64,000 nucleotides of DNA from the human T2T-CHM13v2.0 reference genome, Homo sapiens. This document shows, piece after piece, positions 20,595 to 38,199 of the stretch (position 1 is the stretch's first letter; every line of letters begins with the position of its first letter). The stretch lies in the NCBI RefSeq assembly GCF_009914755.1, contig NC_060943.1. One strand, 5' to 3'. The notes beneath the pieces are model-generated. The model was not told where the DNA came from. It searched no databases and saw only the letters and a program-made list of their open reading frames with translations. Both the position numbers and the translations under genes were made by a program.

Positions 20595-21983
20595 CTGCTT
20601 AGAAGAAAAGGAATATAAGGTACATGAAAATAAAAAATAAATCAAAATTACTTTGATTCAGTCTTGGTTAAAGTATATGTCAAAACAGTAATTAATAAGG
20701 CAAAACAAATAAGTGAAAGATGTTTTAAAAACATTTACGTTAAGGTTACACAATAAATAGAGACTAGAGAGGGAATGAAAAAATCTTTTTAAAATCTATA
20801 TTCATATAAGTGTTTCTTTTTCAGAGGCAATAGTGGTTGAGATGACAGACTGCTGGGTGCAAATCCTGCCTGAACCACATCCTAGTTGTATGACCTTGGG
20901 CAAGTTACTTCCATGCTACCTTTTCCTTCCCTATAAAATAGGGATAATCATAGTACCTATCTTATATGATTATTGTTAAGATTATATTTATATATGTCTG
21001 TATCTAAACATTGCCTAGAGTATATACCAAACACTATTTATATTTCATTAGCTATTGGTTATTGTTATTTTGCTGAGAGGAAAAATAAGCTTTCTGGGAC
21101 ATGTATTATTTCTTGGATATTCAAACAATGTTAAATTAAATGTAAAGTTCTTGGATTTTAACAGCTTTACTGCAATATAATTTATATAACATAAAACCTA
21201 CCTAAGTGTACAATTCAATGATTTTTAGTAAATTTACAGAGTTGTGCAAACGTCACCATAACCCAAACTTAGAATATTTCCGTCATCCCCCAAATATCCC
21301 TATTGGTCACTGGCAGTCAATCCTCATTCCTACTCCCAGCCCCAGACAACCATTGATCTTCTTTTTGTCTCTATAGATTTGCCTTTTCTGGGCATTTCAT
21401 ATAAATAGAATCATATAATATGTAATCTTTTGCATCTGGCTTCTTCCACTTAGCATAGTGTTTTTTATATTCTTGCATGCTATAACATGTATCAGTAGTT
21501 TGTTCCTTCAATGAATATTCTATTGTATGACTATGCCACATTTTATTTATCCATTTATTTAGATAATGTGAATAATGCTGCTGTGAATACTTATACATCT
21601 TTGTATAGACACATTTTTATTTCTCTTGAGTAAACATTTAGGAGAAGAATTACAGGGTCGTATCTATAGTATCGTACATTCCCACTGCAATGTATGAGGG
21701 TTCTAGTTTTTCCAAATACTCACTAATAATTATTTTGTCTTTTGACTAATAATTGTATATATTTATAGGCTACAATGTGATGTTTTGATACATGTCATTG
21801 TGGAATTAGCAAATCAGGGTAATTAGCATATCCATCACCTCAAATATTTATCATTTCTTTTCTTTGTAGTGAGAACATTAAAAATACTCTCTTGTAGCTA
21901 TTTTGGAATATACAATATACAATACATTATTATTAACTATACTCATCTTGCTGTGCAATAAAACACATGAATACAAATCTTAG

Positions 21984-22309
<326 letters not shown>

Positions 22310-22789
22310 TCAATCATAAAAGTAGGTAAAACTGAATATGATTGTTTATTAATGAAGGGAATGAGTTCTCTTGAATTGTAAATACATGCTGTTGATCCAT
22401 TTTACCACTACATAAATCATATGTATTATTTTGATAGAGCTAATTCAATAAACAGGATCTAGCTATTTCCCTTACAAAATATACCAACAAGCAACAAAAC
22501 ATCTAAAGCAGTTCTGAATTCAACACAAAGTGAAACTTGTTTTCTTTGACGCTGGTGAGGCTACAAATCACAAAGATCTCAAACCCAGCCCCTTCATTAT
22601 TAAGGCCCAAGGGCTACTTAAGGATGGGGAAGGTCAATGTGCTTAATGAAGGTGCTCACTTCCAATGAAATAAAGCTCAAAGTGTTCCCTTTAGAAAGTG
22701 GAGCAAAAATTTAGATAGCTTCCTAAAAGATACTCTTGAAATTTCCACAGGAAAAAGCTGATTTACAGAGAACACAGTCTAAATTCCTA

Positions 22790-22981
<192 letters not shown>

Positions 22982-24700
22982 TTAAGGTAGAAGGAGAAAA
23001 GAAGGAAGAGATATTGCAGGAAGTGGATCATATGGCAAGAAAACAGGCTTGGGCTGGAAGCCTGCAACACAGCGAGTCAGGAAATGAGTGTGCCTGAAGC
23101 AAAGTGCCTGGGTTCCCGAAGGATTCTGTTGCTACAGACACAGACTCTTATACTCTGGCAAATCTTAATAATCTAGATACTCCTGGGAAAGAAAAAAAAA
23201 TCAGTTTTCCAATTAAATGAAATACTGTATATAAGCCTTTGCCTACTATGTCTCCCTCATCAATTCCCAAGGAAGGTGAGTTCTTCCGCCCCTTTCTTCT
23301 TAAAGAACAGATTTTTTTTTAAAGTCTCCCTCCCTACAATATCTTTATCTTAGAAAAGGATCTAAATGCAATTAGAGAATATCTTCTAAGTTTATCCTAG
23401 AAGCAGATCATATCATAAGCATTTTTCTAATTATGACTGTTAAAAATTGGTTGTATAGGCCAGGCGCAGTGGCTCACACCTGTAATCCCATCACTTTGAG
23501 AGGCCGAGGTGGGAGGATCACCTGAGGTCGGGAGTTCGAGACCAGCCTGACCAACAGGAGAACCCTTGTTTCTACTAAAAATACAAAATTAGTTGGGCCT
23601 GGTGGCACATGCCTGTAATCCTAGCTACTCAGGAGGCTAAGGCAGGAGAATCGCTTGAATCCAGGAGCAGAGGTTGTGGTGAGCCAAGATCACACCATTG
23701 CACTCCAGCCTAGCCAACAAGAACAAAACTCCGTCTCAAAAAAAAACAAACAAAAATTGGTTATATAATAGTCTATACAATGCATATATGAGATTTAATC
23801 ATTCTTTTATACTTAGATATTTTGGTTGGACAAAACCTTAAGATCCTCCTCAATTCTGGGAGTCAACGTGACTACTTATGTACCTGGATTACCTTCTCAC
23901 ATGCTATCACTTTCCATCCCTCACTGTATGCCTTCCTGGTTCCTGAGTTAAAGGATATTAATATAGCATAATCCAGAATCACAAAGATGTCATTCTAGAC
24001 CAGCACATCCTGTTCAACCAAAAATGGAATCTTGTTCCTGAGTGTAACTCAGGAATTCCAAAAGATCTCAGATCTCTCTATAAGACCTAGCCACACCCCT
24101 ACTCAGTCCTAAAAGCCTCACAAAACATGAGATCTTATGATATACTGAGGCTGAGGCCAACTAACAGCAACTCTTACCTTTTTGTTTTATAACTTTTTTT
24201 TTTTAAGAGACAGGGTCTCCCTGTCACCCAGGCTGGAGTACAGTGGCACATCCATAGCTTCATTGGAGCCTCAAACTCCTGGGCTCAAACAATCCTCCAT
24301 GTCAACCTCCTGAACAGGAGGGATTACAGGTGCAAGCCACCATGCCCAGCCACGACCCTTATCTTACGTACTTGGAAAACTCAAAGTTCAGTTTTCCTAT
24401 GAGTGGCTAAATGGGCCCATGGTCAAATATTTAAGAGATTTCATTTTTCCTCCATTGCAGCTTTTAGCAGAAGACTGAGCACATATAGGAGATGCTGAAT
24501 AATTTGTTCAACAAAGATAAGAACAATGACTAGAATAAAGAGTGTTCATAGGACAAGCATTGTGGTTCACCCGCCACTGGATTTGGAAGAACTGGAAGAA
24601 GGTTCTTGGATGGAGCTCTGATAGTAAGGAAGTTTCAGAATAAAAAAATGGTCACAGAACCTTAACATGATAGTATTCCTAGGAGGAGAAAAAAACTTAC

Positions 24701-24709
24701 AAGGGCCAT
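24701..24709 (-). CDS. ZFP82: ZFP82 start codon (M-A-L) at the end of exon 2 (exon 24701-24787)
   Basis: Minus strand reads ttttcctctccctag|ATCAGCC...ataccATGGCCCTT|gtaagt. Strong Kozak context (accATGg), phase 0 join to KRAB-A, and no upstream ATG seen in exons 1-2. Confidence 0.93.
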
Positions 24710-25304
24710 GGTATAGAAATTCAAGAACTGGTCAGTCCTCCTTGGGGTTTACTTGCCAGGAGAAGCACCGAGTCCACAGAGGCTGATCTAGGGAGAGGAA
24801 AACAAGGCCATGAGATCAGATGGACCTCAGAAATCCCCAAATGATTTGAGTTACTGTGACCTTTCCCCTCTCTTCTGATCTCTCCACCACAGCTCCTCCA
24901 ACACACACGCGCGCACACACACATAGGCAGAGAGAGAGAGAGAAATTTGAGGGAGTCTGGACGAGTCTAATCCCTTGCTAATTCCAGGGCTGATAAGGGG
25001 CTGTATCATCTAAACCACAATCTTCCTCCTTCAAAGTTTCATAGGCCTGTTTAGATTCACCAGACACAAAGAGAGAAATTCATAAAGACCAAGCCTGGCA
25101 GCCATTACCACCACAAAACTGCACACTGGCAGCCCTGCTTGCAGCCAGAACAACTTTCAAAATCCTCTGGGCTCATCACTCTCTCTTTCCAGTCAGAATC
25201 AGAATCATCCACATTGTTTTCTGGAATGAATTCATTTGCCATTCTCTTTCTTACAACCTAGGCTGAACAGGCATGGATTCATGCTCTTGGTCATTTGACA
25301 ATAA

Positions 25305-26113
<809 letters not shown>

Positions 26114-26593
26114 CTAAAAAAAAAAAAAGGAAATAAAATCATTTGTAGAAATGCAGTTTATGAGTAGCAAAGCTGCATTTGGAATCATTTATCTAACCAT
26201 AGAGTCGGCTTTCCTTCAACTCTAGCTCTTGTTTCTGAAACCCAGAATTTCTATTCCAGTGAGCGAAAACTGGCATGCATGATTCACTAAAAAAAAATAA
26301 AATAAAAATAACACATCAGCTCACCAACAGGTATCTGAGTACTGATACCCATATTTGCAAGCATGAGAGGAAATGAACATTCTAACCAGTATACTGCAGA
26401 CTGCATAGATTTCAAAGTATGTACAAGCAGCATTTAAACCACGCATACTCTTTGATTCAGAAATTCTACTTTGGGGATTAAAAAAAATTGTACATATGAT
26501 CAAAGGTATGTGTAACAGTATGTTGACCTTGTTCATAATGGAAAAAAGCTGGGAAGAACCTAAATGTCCTTCAATAGAAAACAGATTAAATAA

Positions 26594-26885
<292 letters not shown>

Positions 26886-27999
26886 TTAACTGGAAATATG
26901 GAAATATGTTCAGTACAGTTTGTTGAGTGAGGAGTGCAGTAACAAACAGTTGTGAGTAGTATGATCCTGTTAAGGTACAGCAAAAACAGACGTGAGAGAA
27001 ACAGAGAGAGAGAGAGAGAGAGAGAGTGTGTGCGTGTGTATTAATCTCTAAGTGCTAAGTTTTAGAAAATACACAAGGACATATAAAATATTCAAGATAT
27101 ATAATCTCTTAGAAAAATAAAATGAACATTATTAGGACATCTGTAAAGTATACATGCAAATCAGCACAAAGAAACACTGACAGGCATCAATAGATATTGA
27201 TCTTGATTTCCTTTTCGCTTACATTTATTTCATAATTCTACATGACCATATATACTTGAAACATATATTTTAACTTTGCATAGTGGAAAGCGTTCTTTAA
27301 ATAGGTTAAAGAGATAGTTTTTAAAGTAGTCATCCCTTGAACTTGGAGAAAAAAACTCAATATCCTACAAGCAGCTTCTATGTTTTTACTGGTTTTGTTG
27401 ATTTCAGCTCCCAAAATCTGAACTGACTCTATGATTTCTAAGTGTGTTCATGTATGTCTGAGTTCTGCCTATATAAACATGGCTAAACATCTTCAATTAA
27501 TGCCTTGTTTCACTGCTGCTACTTCTCATGACTTCTTGACCAAGCTTTTGTTTTGTTTCTGAAAGAGTTGTTTTAGCCATGAGGCCCACCTAGGAGCTGC
27601 TGAATCTTCTTGTGCTGTTCATTTGCATCAACATCATGAAAATAAAAACTATAAGGCACATGCTTATTACATAAAATCCATTACCCCACAGGAACCCCAT
27701 GAGTTTGGTATTATTTGGTCGTGACCTGACAATGCTTGCTACAATCAGCTGTCTGCTTCCCATGACCTCTCAAGCCATGCCACCTGAATTCTTCAATGAC
27801 TTTACCTCACCTATCTCAGTGTTATTCTTGCATAGGCTTATCTACCTTGAAAGACAACAAACAATGTAAGGATATCAACCATGTCATTTTGGTCACTGTA
27901 TTTCCCCCAAGGACTGGCACAGGATCTGGCATATTGTGAGTACTTTATAAATGTCTCATAATTCAACCCAGAAATTCCACTTTTAGGAATTTATCGTTA

Positions 28000-28359
<360 letters not shown>

Positions 28360-28782
28360 TTACGACAACCTGAAATCAAATACCTAACAGTAGGCAACAA
28401 GTTGAATAAATGATGTTCTACTATATTATAGCACATTATGCAATTATTAATGATGGCATTGGCCCACATTAATTAAAGAAGGAAGATATTCACGATAAAT
28501 TACTAGCTATGGGAGTCAGACTAAAAGAATATGTACAATGTTGGGAGGTGGCAGACTCTCAGTTATTAAAAATACAGGCTTTGTTATCAAGATTCAGGAT
28601 ATGAACAGAGCTCTGAGAATTATTAACTGTGAGAATTTGGACGCATTAATTTTCAGTGTCTCAGTTTCCTCAGATATAAACTAAGGAATAAACAGTACCT
28701 ACCTTATAGGGTTGTTGTGAAGGTTAAGAACATAATACATAAAGCACTTAAAATGGCTTACTGTAAGCACTAAATTCAGTGA

Positions 28783-29038
<256 letters not shown>

Positions 29039-29040
29039 TA

Positions 29041-29172
<132 letters not shown>

Positions 29173-29283
29173 TTATCTTTAACAATTTCAATAGCAGTCC
29201 CTTTCTCTAAAGGGATTTTTGAGATTTTTGAGATTTTTCAGCATTGCTCTTAAAACATTGATAAATGTTAGAACTAGGCTTGA

Positions 29284-29532
<249 letters not shown>

Positions 29533-29742
29533 TGATCTGCCTGCCTCGGCCTCCCAAAGTCTTGGGATTATAGAGATGAGCCACCGCACCTGGCCTATGT
29601 AATTCTTCTTAATAATGTTATCAAAAAAGGATTCACAGAAATCAAAAAGTAGAGCAAGGCCCCTGTTACTTTCCATCCCTAGTAGCTCCAAAGGGACACC
29701 ATTCCATATCATAAAACCAGCTCAAGAATTTTGCTTTGATAA

Positions 29743-30104
<362 letters not shown>

Positions 30105-30317
30105 TGATCAATTGTTGTGATTCTATTTTGGAAAACAAACACATGTGCACAAGTGCACAGAAAAAAATGGAAAAGCAAACATTAGAATAGTAATATTTAT
30201 TGTGGATGGTGAGACTACGGGCAACTTAAATTTTATTCTTATAGAGTGAAGATGACTGGGTGGTAGGGGATGGAGAAAATCTGTTCTGAATAGTACTAAA
30301 TATAGCTGGCAGCTTAA

Positions 30318-30601
<284 letters not shown>

Positions 30602-31408
30602 TGAGCCACTGCGCCCAGCCAATTAAACTATTTTCATACACATAGAATTAAAAACAGAGTTGTGAAGAAGGAATATCTTTTAGTTGTTAAGAAAATTGTG
30701 ATTCTATAAGCCTGTGACATGAGTGGGTTTTGGGAAAATAAACAACAGTGTGGCACAAATAAGTAACACCCATCAGTTCTTTAACTGTTCTTCATCAAAA
30801 CGATGGGCTATTTTCACTCTCAAGATTCTTCTATGAATGAACACAATCAAGCGACATTCCTAAATTCAGTAAAAGTATACCAAAGCAGACAGAACAGTGT
30901 GGTAAACAACAGTTTATCTTTTTTTCTCCACTAAGAAACTAGTTTTATATTATGTATAATCCTTGCAAAATGTTTTATAAATCTCTAGCTTATTAAGAGC
31001 GATTCATACATGATTAAAGGTTTTGTGAGTCATCTTGTTCAAAACTATTGCTTAGACAACATCGATCACAAGCTTTTTTTCCTTCTCATAATTAACAGTA
31101 TTTATTAATGGCAAAAAGCTGCATCACATGGAGTGTGGCTTATTTAATCATTTCCTACTATTAGACACTAATTTTGTGTCTAACATTGAAAAACATTCTC
31201 AAAGGTTACAGACTTTGATTCTAGGCCAGTAGATCTGAATCTTAATGGATCATGTTTGATAATCTCATTAAATTACATATTTTCTCCCCATAAAAGTGGC
31301 ATATTAACAGATATCTATAACAATTTTACGTACAATTTCAAAGAGTATCTGGTCCCCTGAAAGCCTCAAATGAATTCAAATTACTTCTGGTTAAGAATTC
31401 CTGTTCTA

Positions 31409-32048
<640 letters not shown>

Positions 32049-33279
32049 CTATTTAAGCATCTGATCTGGCTCATTTATTTTTTACTAGGAAATACTCACC
32101 ACAATTGGCTTAGTATTTTCATTTTCCCCCCATCTATAGAAGGCTGATGTAGAATTGCTCCAAATCACTACTTAAGAATACATAACTAAGGTTTATTAAG
32201 TACTAACGAGGTCTCAGGAACTGTTCTAAGAACTTTACACATAGTAATTAAAAGAAGGCCCACAGAAGTAATGAAAAACATCTACCAAATGGGTATGTGC
32301 ATACAGGCTCTCGGGAGGGGACCTAGGTATCAGCTCAATGGACAGGACATTTATGGAGAATGAAACAAATATTCTCATGTCCTAAGAAATAAGAATGCAT
32401 TTCACAGAAGAAAGCAGAAACACCCACTCGCCTCGACCTTGACTTAAACAGGCAACAGCAATTCATTCCTCCTCCCGCTCGGACCCCTTTTCTTAAAGAA
32501 TTGGGCAGGACTGGCTAATAAGGGAACCAGGCTTTTCTTGCAGCCCAGCCTCGCATAGGGCACAATGCCCCCACCGCCCACCCACACATAACCAGAGTAA
32601 CATAAGAGAGATGGTGTTGTTAACTCTTCCCAGTATCAAAGAAAGGCCAGGGTCATGGATGCCCGGGGCTAGAACTGGAGTTCACAATAGCTTCCTGGAA
32701 GCAATGCTGTGGTTCTGAAACCTGCAGCTGGACTCTTCAGAGTTGTGAGTGCACGTGCGTGGGTCCGGGTCCGCGAGGAGGTGGTGTGGGAGTCCCTTCC
32801 AGGAGCAAGCCTGGGCGGGAGCGGGGGCTCGTTCAGTTCTAATATTCCTATCCCAAGGTCGGGTCTGAGCCTTGTTTCGCTGTTGCCCAGGCTGGAGAGT
32901 AGTGGTGCTATCATAGCTCGCTGCAGCCTCAATCTCCTCCTAGGCTCAAGCCATCCTCCCGCCTCAGCCTCTCGAGTGGCTGGGACCACAGGAGCACGCC
33001 ATCACACCCGGCTCATTTTTTAAATTTCTGGTACAGATGGGAGTTTCGCTTTGCTGCCCAGGCTGGTCTCGAACTCCTGGCTTCCAGCGATCCTCCCGCC
33101 TCGCTCTCCCAGAGCTCTGGGATTACAGATGTGAGCCACCTGGTCCGGCCTAGTCTGCGCGTTTCTGCTGGGAGTCTTTGGCGTGCAGAAACTGACCGAG
33201 GGCCATTTCTCTGCAGCTGGGCCCGGTGTGGGCAGAGGATGCTGGGGTCAGTCACGCACTCCACGGCCACAACAACCTT

Positions 33280-33960
33280 CGCTCATACAATAGTCTCTGC
33301 ACCCAAGTCAGCCGCACAGACTCCGTCACGTCCCAGCCCCGGCCCCGTCACGCCCACGACACACACACCCGGGCCTGAGGCGCGGGCTCCCGCCCCTCTG
33401 CGATACTGCAGTGGCCCCGCTTACCTCTCTTTACCCCCTGGGCCGCAGCGCTTTTCCTACAGATTACCAGGACCGACGCTCCGGGCCAGGACTGCTCACT
33501 CGGGGCGCGAACCCGAGGCACAGCGATGCCCGAACGGAGGAAGCCGCTGCCGGGTCACGCCACAATCCCCGGGGCCTAACGGGCTGCGCGCGGAGGCTGC
33601 TGGGAGGGCCGGGCGCGCTCACGGAGTGCGCAGGCGCGGCCAGTCTCAAGGGTCCGCTCGCTGGTGCAGCCCCTGCTCTGCGTGAACCCGGAGCCGGAGC
33701 TAGGTCCGTCCCAGCGAGGCTGCGCTTCGAGTCCCTTAGCGCCTGGGGACGGCGCGGCAGGGCCTGGAGGGGAGCGGGGACAGATGGCTGGCGCGTTAAA
33801 GAGGGGCGCCCGCGACCGCCTCTCTATAGTGCCAACTAGGGAGCCCTGTGAGCGAGGACGGCGCTGCGAGTCTGTCCCTGGCGCGCTCCTGGGTGGGATT
33901 CTTTCACTGGGTGTGGCTGTTGGGATTTGAGACCGTGTGACTCCGGAGATTCGGGGAAGC
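33280..33960. promoter_or_regulatory. CpG-island promoter of ZFP82, with an NRF1-like site at 33627-33637
   Basis: Very GC- and CpG-rich by inspection. TGCGCAGGCGC resembles the NRF1 motif, and GC boxes are present. It lies at the 5' end of the minus-strand gene. Confidence 0.88.
33425..33625 (-). other. ZFP82: ZFP82 non-coding exon 1 (5' end approximate)
   Basis: Donor GAGAG|gtaagc at 33425/33424 inside the CpG island. A second possible donor, GGGG|gtaaag, lies 10 nt upstream. The TSS position is inferred, not seen. Confidence 0.7.
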
Positions 33961-33979
33961 CAGTTCCTATATTTTCCAT

Positions 33980-35204
<1,225 letters not shown>

Positions 35205-36030
35205 TTTTTATATGTCCCTCTTAGTTATACAGCTAGTGTTTAAAAACTACTTGAAATAATTATTTTCCCTGTGCCACCAATTATGTCTATAATTGATTGT
35301 ACCCCATTAAATAAGCACAAAGAAAAAAGAAAGCTTTCTTTATAGAAGAAGGCCAGCTAATAACTATCAAGGGTTTGATTTTACGTGGCTTAGACACGCT
35401 GCTTCAAATGCATTTAAGATGTTTGGTTTTAACAAGGATTTTGCAACAGTATAGTGTTTTCCTTAAGTTCAATGTCATTTCTATGTCATGGCAGCTGTCA
35501 CCTGCAGTTAGGTAAGACAGTGACATCATTAACATGGATGCATTTTCATGGCATGAAGGCTAGCCATTGATGGGGTAATATAACACAATTTATCAGTAAA
35601 CGCTGAGTTTTCTTTGAAGTCAGTCTCTGATTTCTTACAGTGCTTGATGTCTGCCTTGCCTGCTAGTGACCAATTCCCCTGCGTCTTTACAGAGCCTTGT
35701 TACTCACTCAGTGTAAAGACAGTGGGGGAAACAAGGTTTCCCAAAGTATCCTTATGTGCAAAAGTGTTTCTTACTACTTTGGAAATACTAAGCTGAGTTT
35801 AATGTTTATTCTTTTTCTACCAACAGACACAAAAAGGACAAGCACATGCCTTAGAATATTCAATACAATTTTCTACAGCGATATGGTTAAATACTCTTCT
35901 GTCTTCACTACTTTTTTGTTTTTACTTTACTTGGAAATTTTAATTCTCTAGGAATAACGGGGCAGGAGTCTAAAATAATACTTTGTGGGAGTGAAGTATA
36001 TATTTTTTTCCAAGTAAAAAAAAAAAATCA

Positions 36031-36228
36031 GGCCAGGCGTGATGGCTTAGGCCAGGCGTGATGACTCATGCCTGTAGTCCCACATACTCGGAAGGCCAAG
36101 GCAGGAGGATAGCTTGAGCCTGTGAGATCGAGATTACAGTGAGCTATGGATCGGCCACTGCACTCCGGGCTGGGCGACAGAGCGAGACCCTGTCTCAAAA
36201 TTAAAAAAAGGAAAAAAAAAAAAAAAAA
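36031..36228 (+). mobile_element. Free Alu monomer (FRAM/FAM-like) with a duplicated 19-bp 5' end
   Basis: Single arm with ggaggatagcttgagcc and gagctatg, which are old-subfamily features. ggccaggcgtgatg is repeated at 36031 and 36050. Confidence 0.75.
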
Positions 36229-37845
36229 GTCTGCGCTCCCCGGGGCCCAAGGAGAGGACCCAGGAGAGGAGTCTGGCTCCTTTTGCCTCAGACGAGTCCA
36301 GGGCGCCGGGTTAACTGGTCTAAAGTCCCAGGCGCTTTCTGGGACTGCTCAGCCACCGGCCGCTCCCGGCACCAGGGGACGCCGGACGCCCTCTGGACAA
36401 TCGGCGCACTTGCCACGATCTTGGACGGGCCTCGGGCCTCGACCTTAAGATTCCCCGCTCCAGCTCCGAGATGTCAGCAACGCTGATCCTGGAGCCCGCG
36501 GGCCGCGGCTGCCGAGACAAGCCGGTGCGCATCACCATGCGCGGCCTGGCTTCGGAGCCGCTGGACACGCTGCGCGCGCGTCCCTGCGCGGCGAGAAGGC
36601 TGGGCTCTTCCGCTACTGCGCCGACGCCCGCGGCGAGCTGGACCTGGAGCGCGCGCCCGTGCTGGGCGGCAGCTTTAGGGGGCTAGAGTCCATGGGGCTG
36701 CTCTGGGCCCTGGAATCCAAGAAACCTTTTTGGCGCTTTCTGAAGCGGGACGTACAGATTCCCTTTATCGTGGAGTTGGAGGTGCTGGACGGCCACGACC
36801 CCGAGCCTGGACGGCTGTTGTGACAGGCGCGGCACGAGCGCGACTTCCTCCCACAAGGGGTGCGGAGCGATTCGGTGCGCGCGGGCCGGGTACGCGCCAC
36901 GCTCTTCCTGCCGCCAGGACCTGGACCCTTCCTAGGGATCATTGGCATCTTTGGTATTGGAGGGAGCCTGTTGGAATATCGAGCCAGCCTCCTTGCTGGC
37001 CATGGCTTTGCCACGTTCGCTCTAGCTTGTTATAACTTTGAAGATCTCCCCAAGAACGTGGACAACATACCCCTGGAGTACTTCGAAGAAGCCCTATGCT
37101 ACATGCTTCAACATCCCCAGGTAAAAGGCCCAGGCACTGGGCTTTGGGGCATTTCTCTAGGAGCTGATATTTGTCTCTCAATGGCCTCATTCTTGAAGAA
37201 TGACTCAGACACAGTTTCCATCAATGGATCCGGGATCAGTGGGAACAGAGGCATAAACTGTAAGCAGAATAGCATTCCACCATTGGGCTATGACCTGAGG
37301 AGAATCAAGGTAGCTTTCTCAGGCCTCGTGGACGTCGTGGATATAAAGAATGATCTTGTAGGAGGGTATAAGAACCCCAGCATGATTTCAATGGAGAAGG
37401 CCCAGGGCCCCATCATTTTCATTGTTGGTCAGGATGACCATAACTGGAGGAGTGAGTTGTATGCCCAGTCTCTGAACGGTTACGGGCCCATGGAAAGGAA
37501 AAACCCCAGATCATCTGTTACCCTGGGACTGGGCTTTACACTGAGCCTCCTTACTTCCCCCTGTGCCCAGCTTCCCTTCACAAATTACTGAACAAACACG
37601 TGATATGGGTTGGGGAGCCAGGGCTCATTCTAAGGCCCAGGTAGATGCCTGGAAGCAAATTCTAGCCGCCTTCTGCAAACACCTGGGAGGTACCCAGAAA
37701 ACAGCTTTCCCTAAATTGTAATGCGTTTGTCTGTTGTTGACATGAGAGAGTCAAGATCAGATTCTAGTGTTCAATAACCCTATGTGAATCAGCTGTCTCC
37801 TGGATAACATTAAAGCCATGTCTTTGTCATTAAAAAAAAAAAAAA
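36229..37845 (+). pseudogene. Processed pseudogene of acyl-CoA thioesterase 4 (ACOT4), full length
   Basis: Intronless. ATG at 36471 gives MSATLILEP, followed by [25 protein letters not shown] and C-terminal PKL* (stop 37719-37721). Lesions relative to recalled ACOT4: +2 CG frameshift ~36578, 12-nt deletion ~36611, TGA at 36821, 4-nt deletion ~37468, 1-nt deletion ~37619. ATTAAA at 37809-37814 and A-tail at 37832-37845. Confidence 0.95.
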
Positions 37846-37910
37846 TCGGCCGGGCGCAGTAGCTCACGCCTGTAATCCCAGCACTTTGGGAGGCTGAGGC
37901 ATGCAGATCA

Positions 37911-38126
<216 letters not shown>

Positions 38127-38199
38127 TCAAGAAAAAAAAAATTAGTAAACTAGAAATCTCTGAACAAAGTATCATACATGTAATTTAATTTTCCCATAG

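Noticed and set aside
33131-33930. Overlapping 184-, 142- and 88-aa ORFs
   Set aside because: Stop-poor CpG-island sequence with non-ATG starts and no recognisable domains.
35480-35890. Possible KRAB-A/B exon remnants belonging to the + strand zinc-finger relic (acceptor-like tttttctaccaacag at 35826)
   Set aside because: The position fits, but similarity is too weak to call by eye and needs a KRAB HMM or orthologue alignment.
36860-37591. 243-aa ORF as a functional thioesterase gene
   Set aside because: GTG start, upstream stop and frameshift, catalytic His lost, and processed-pseudogene hallmarks.
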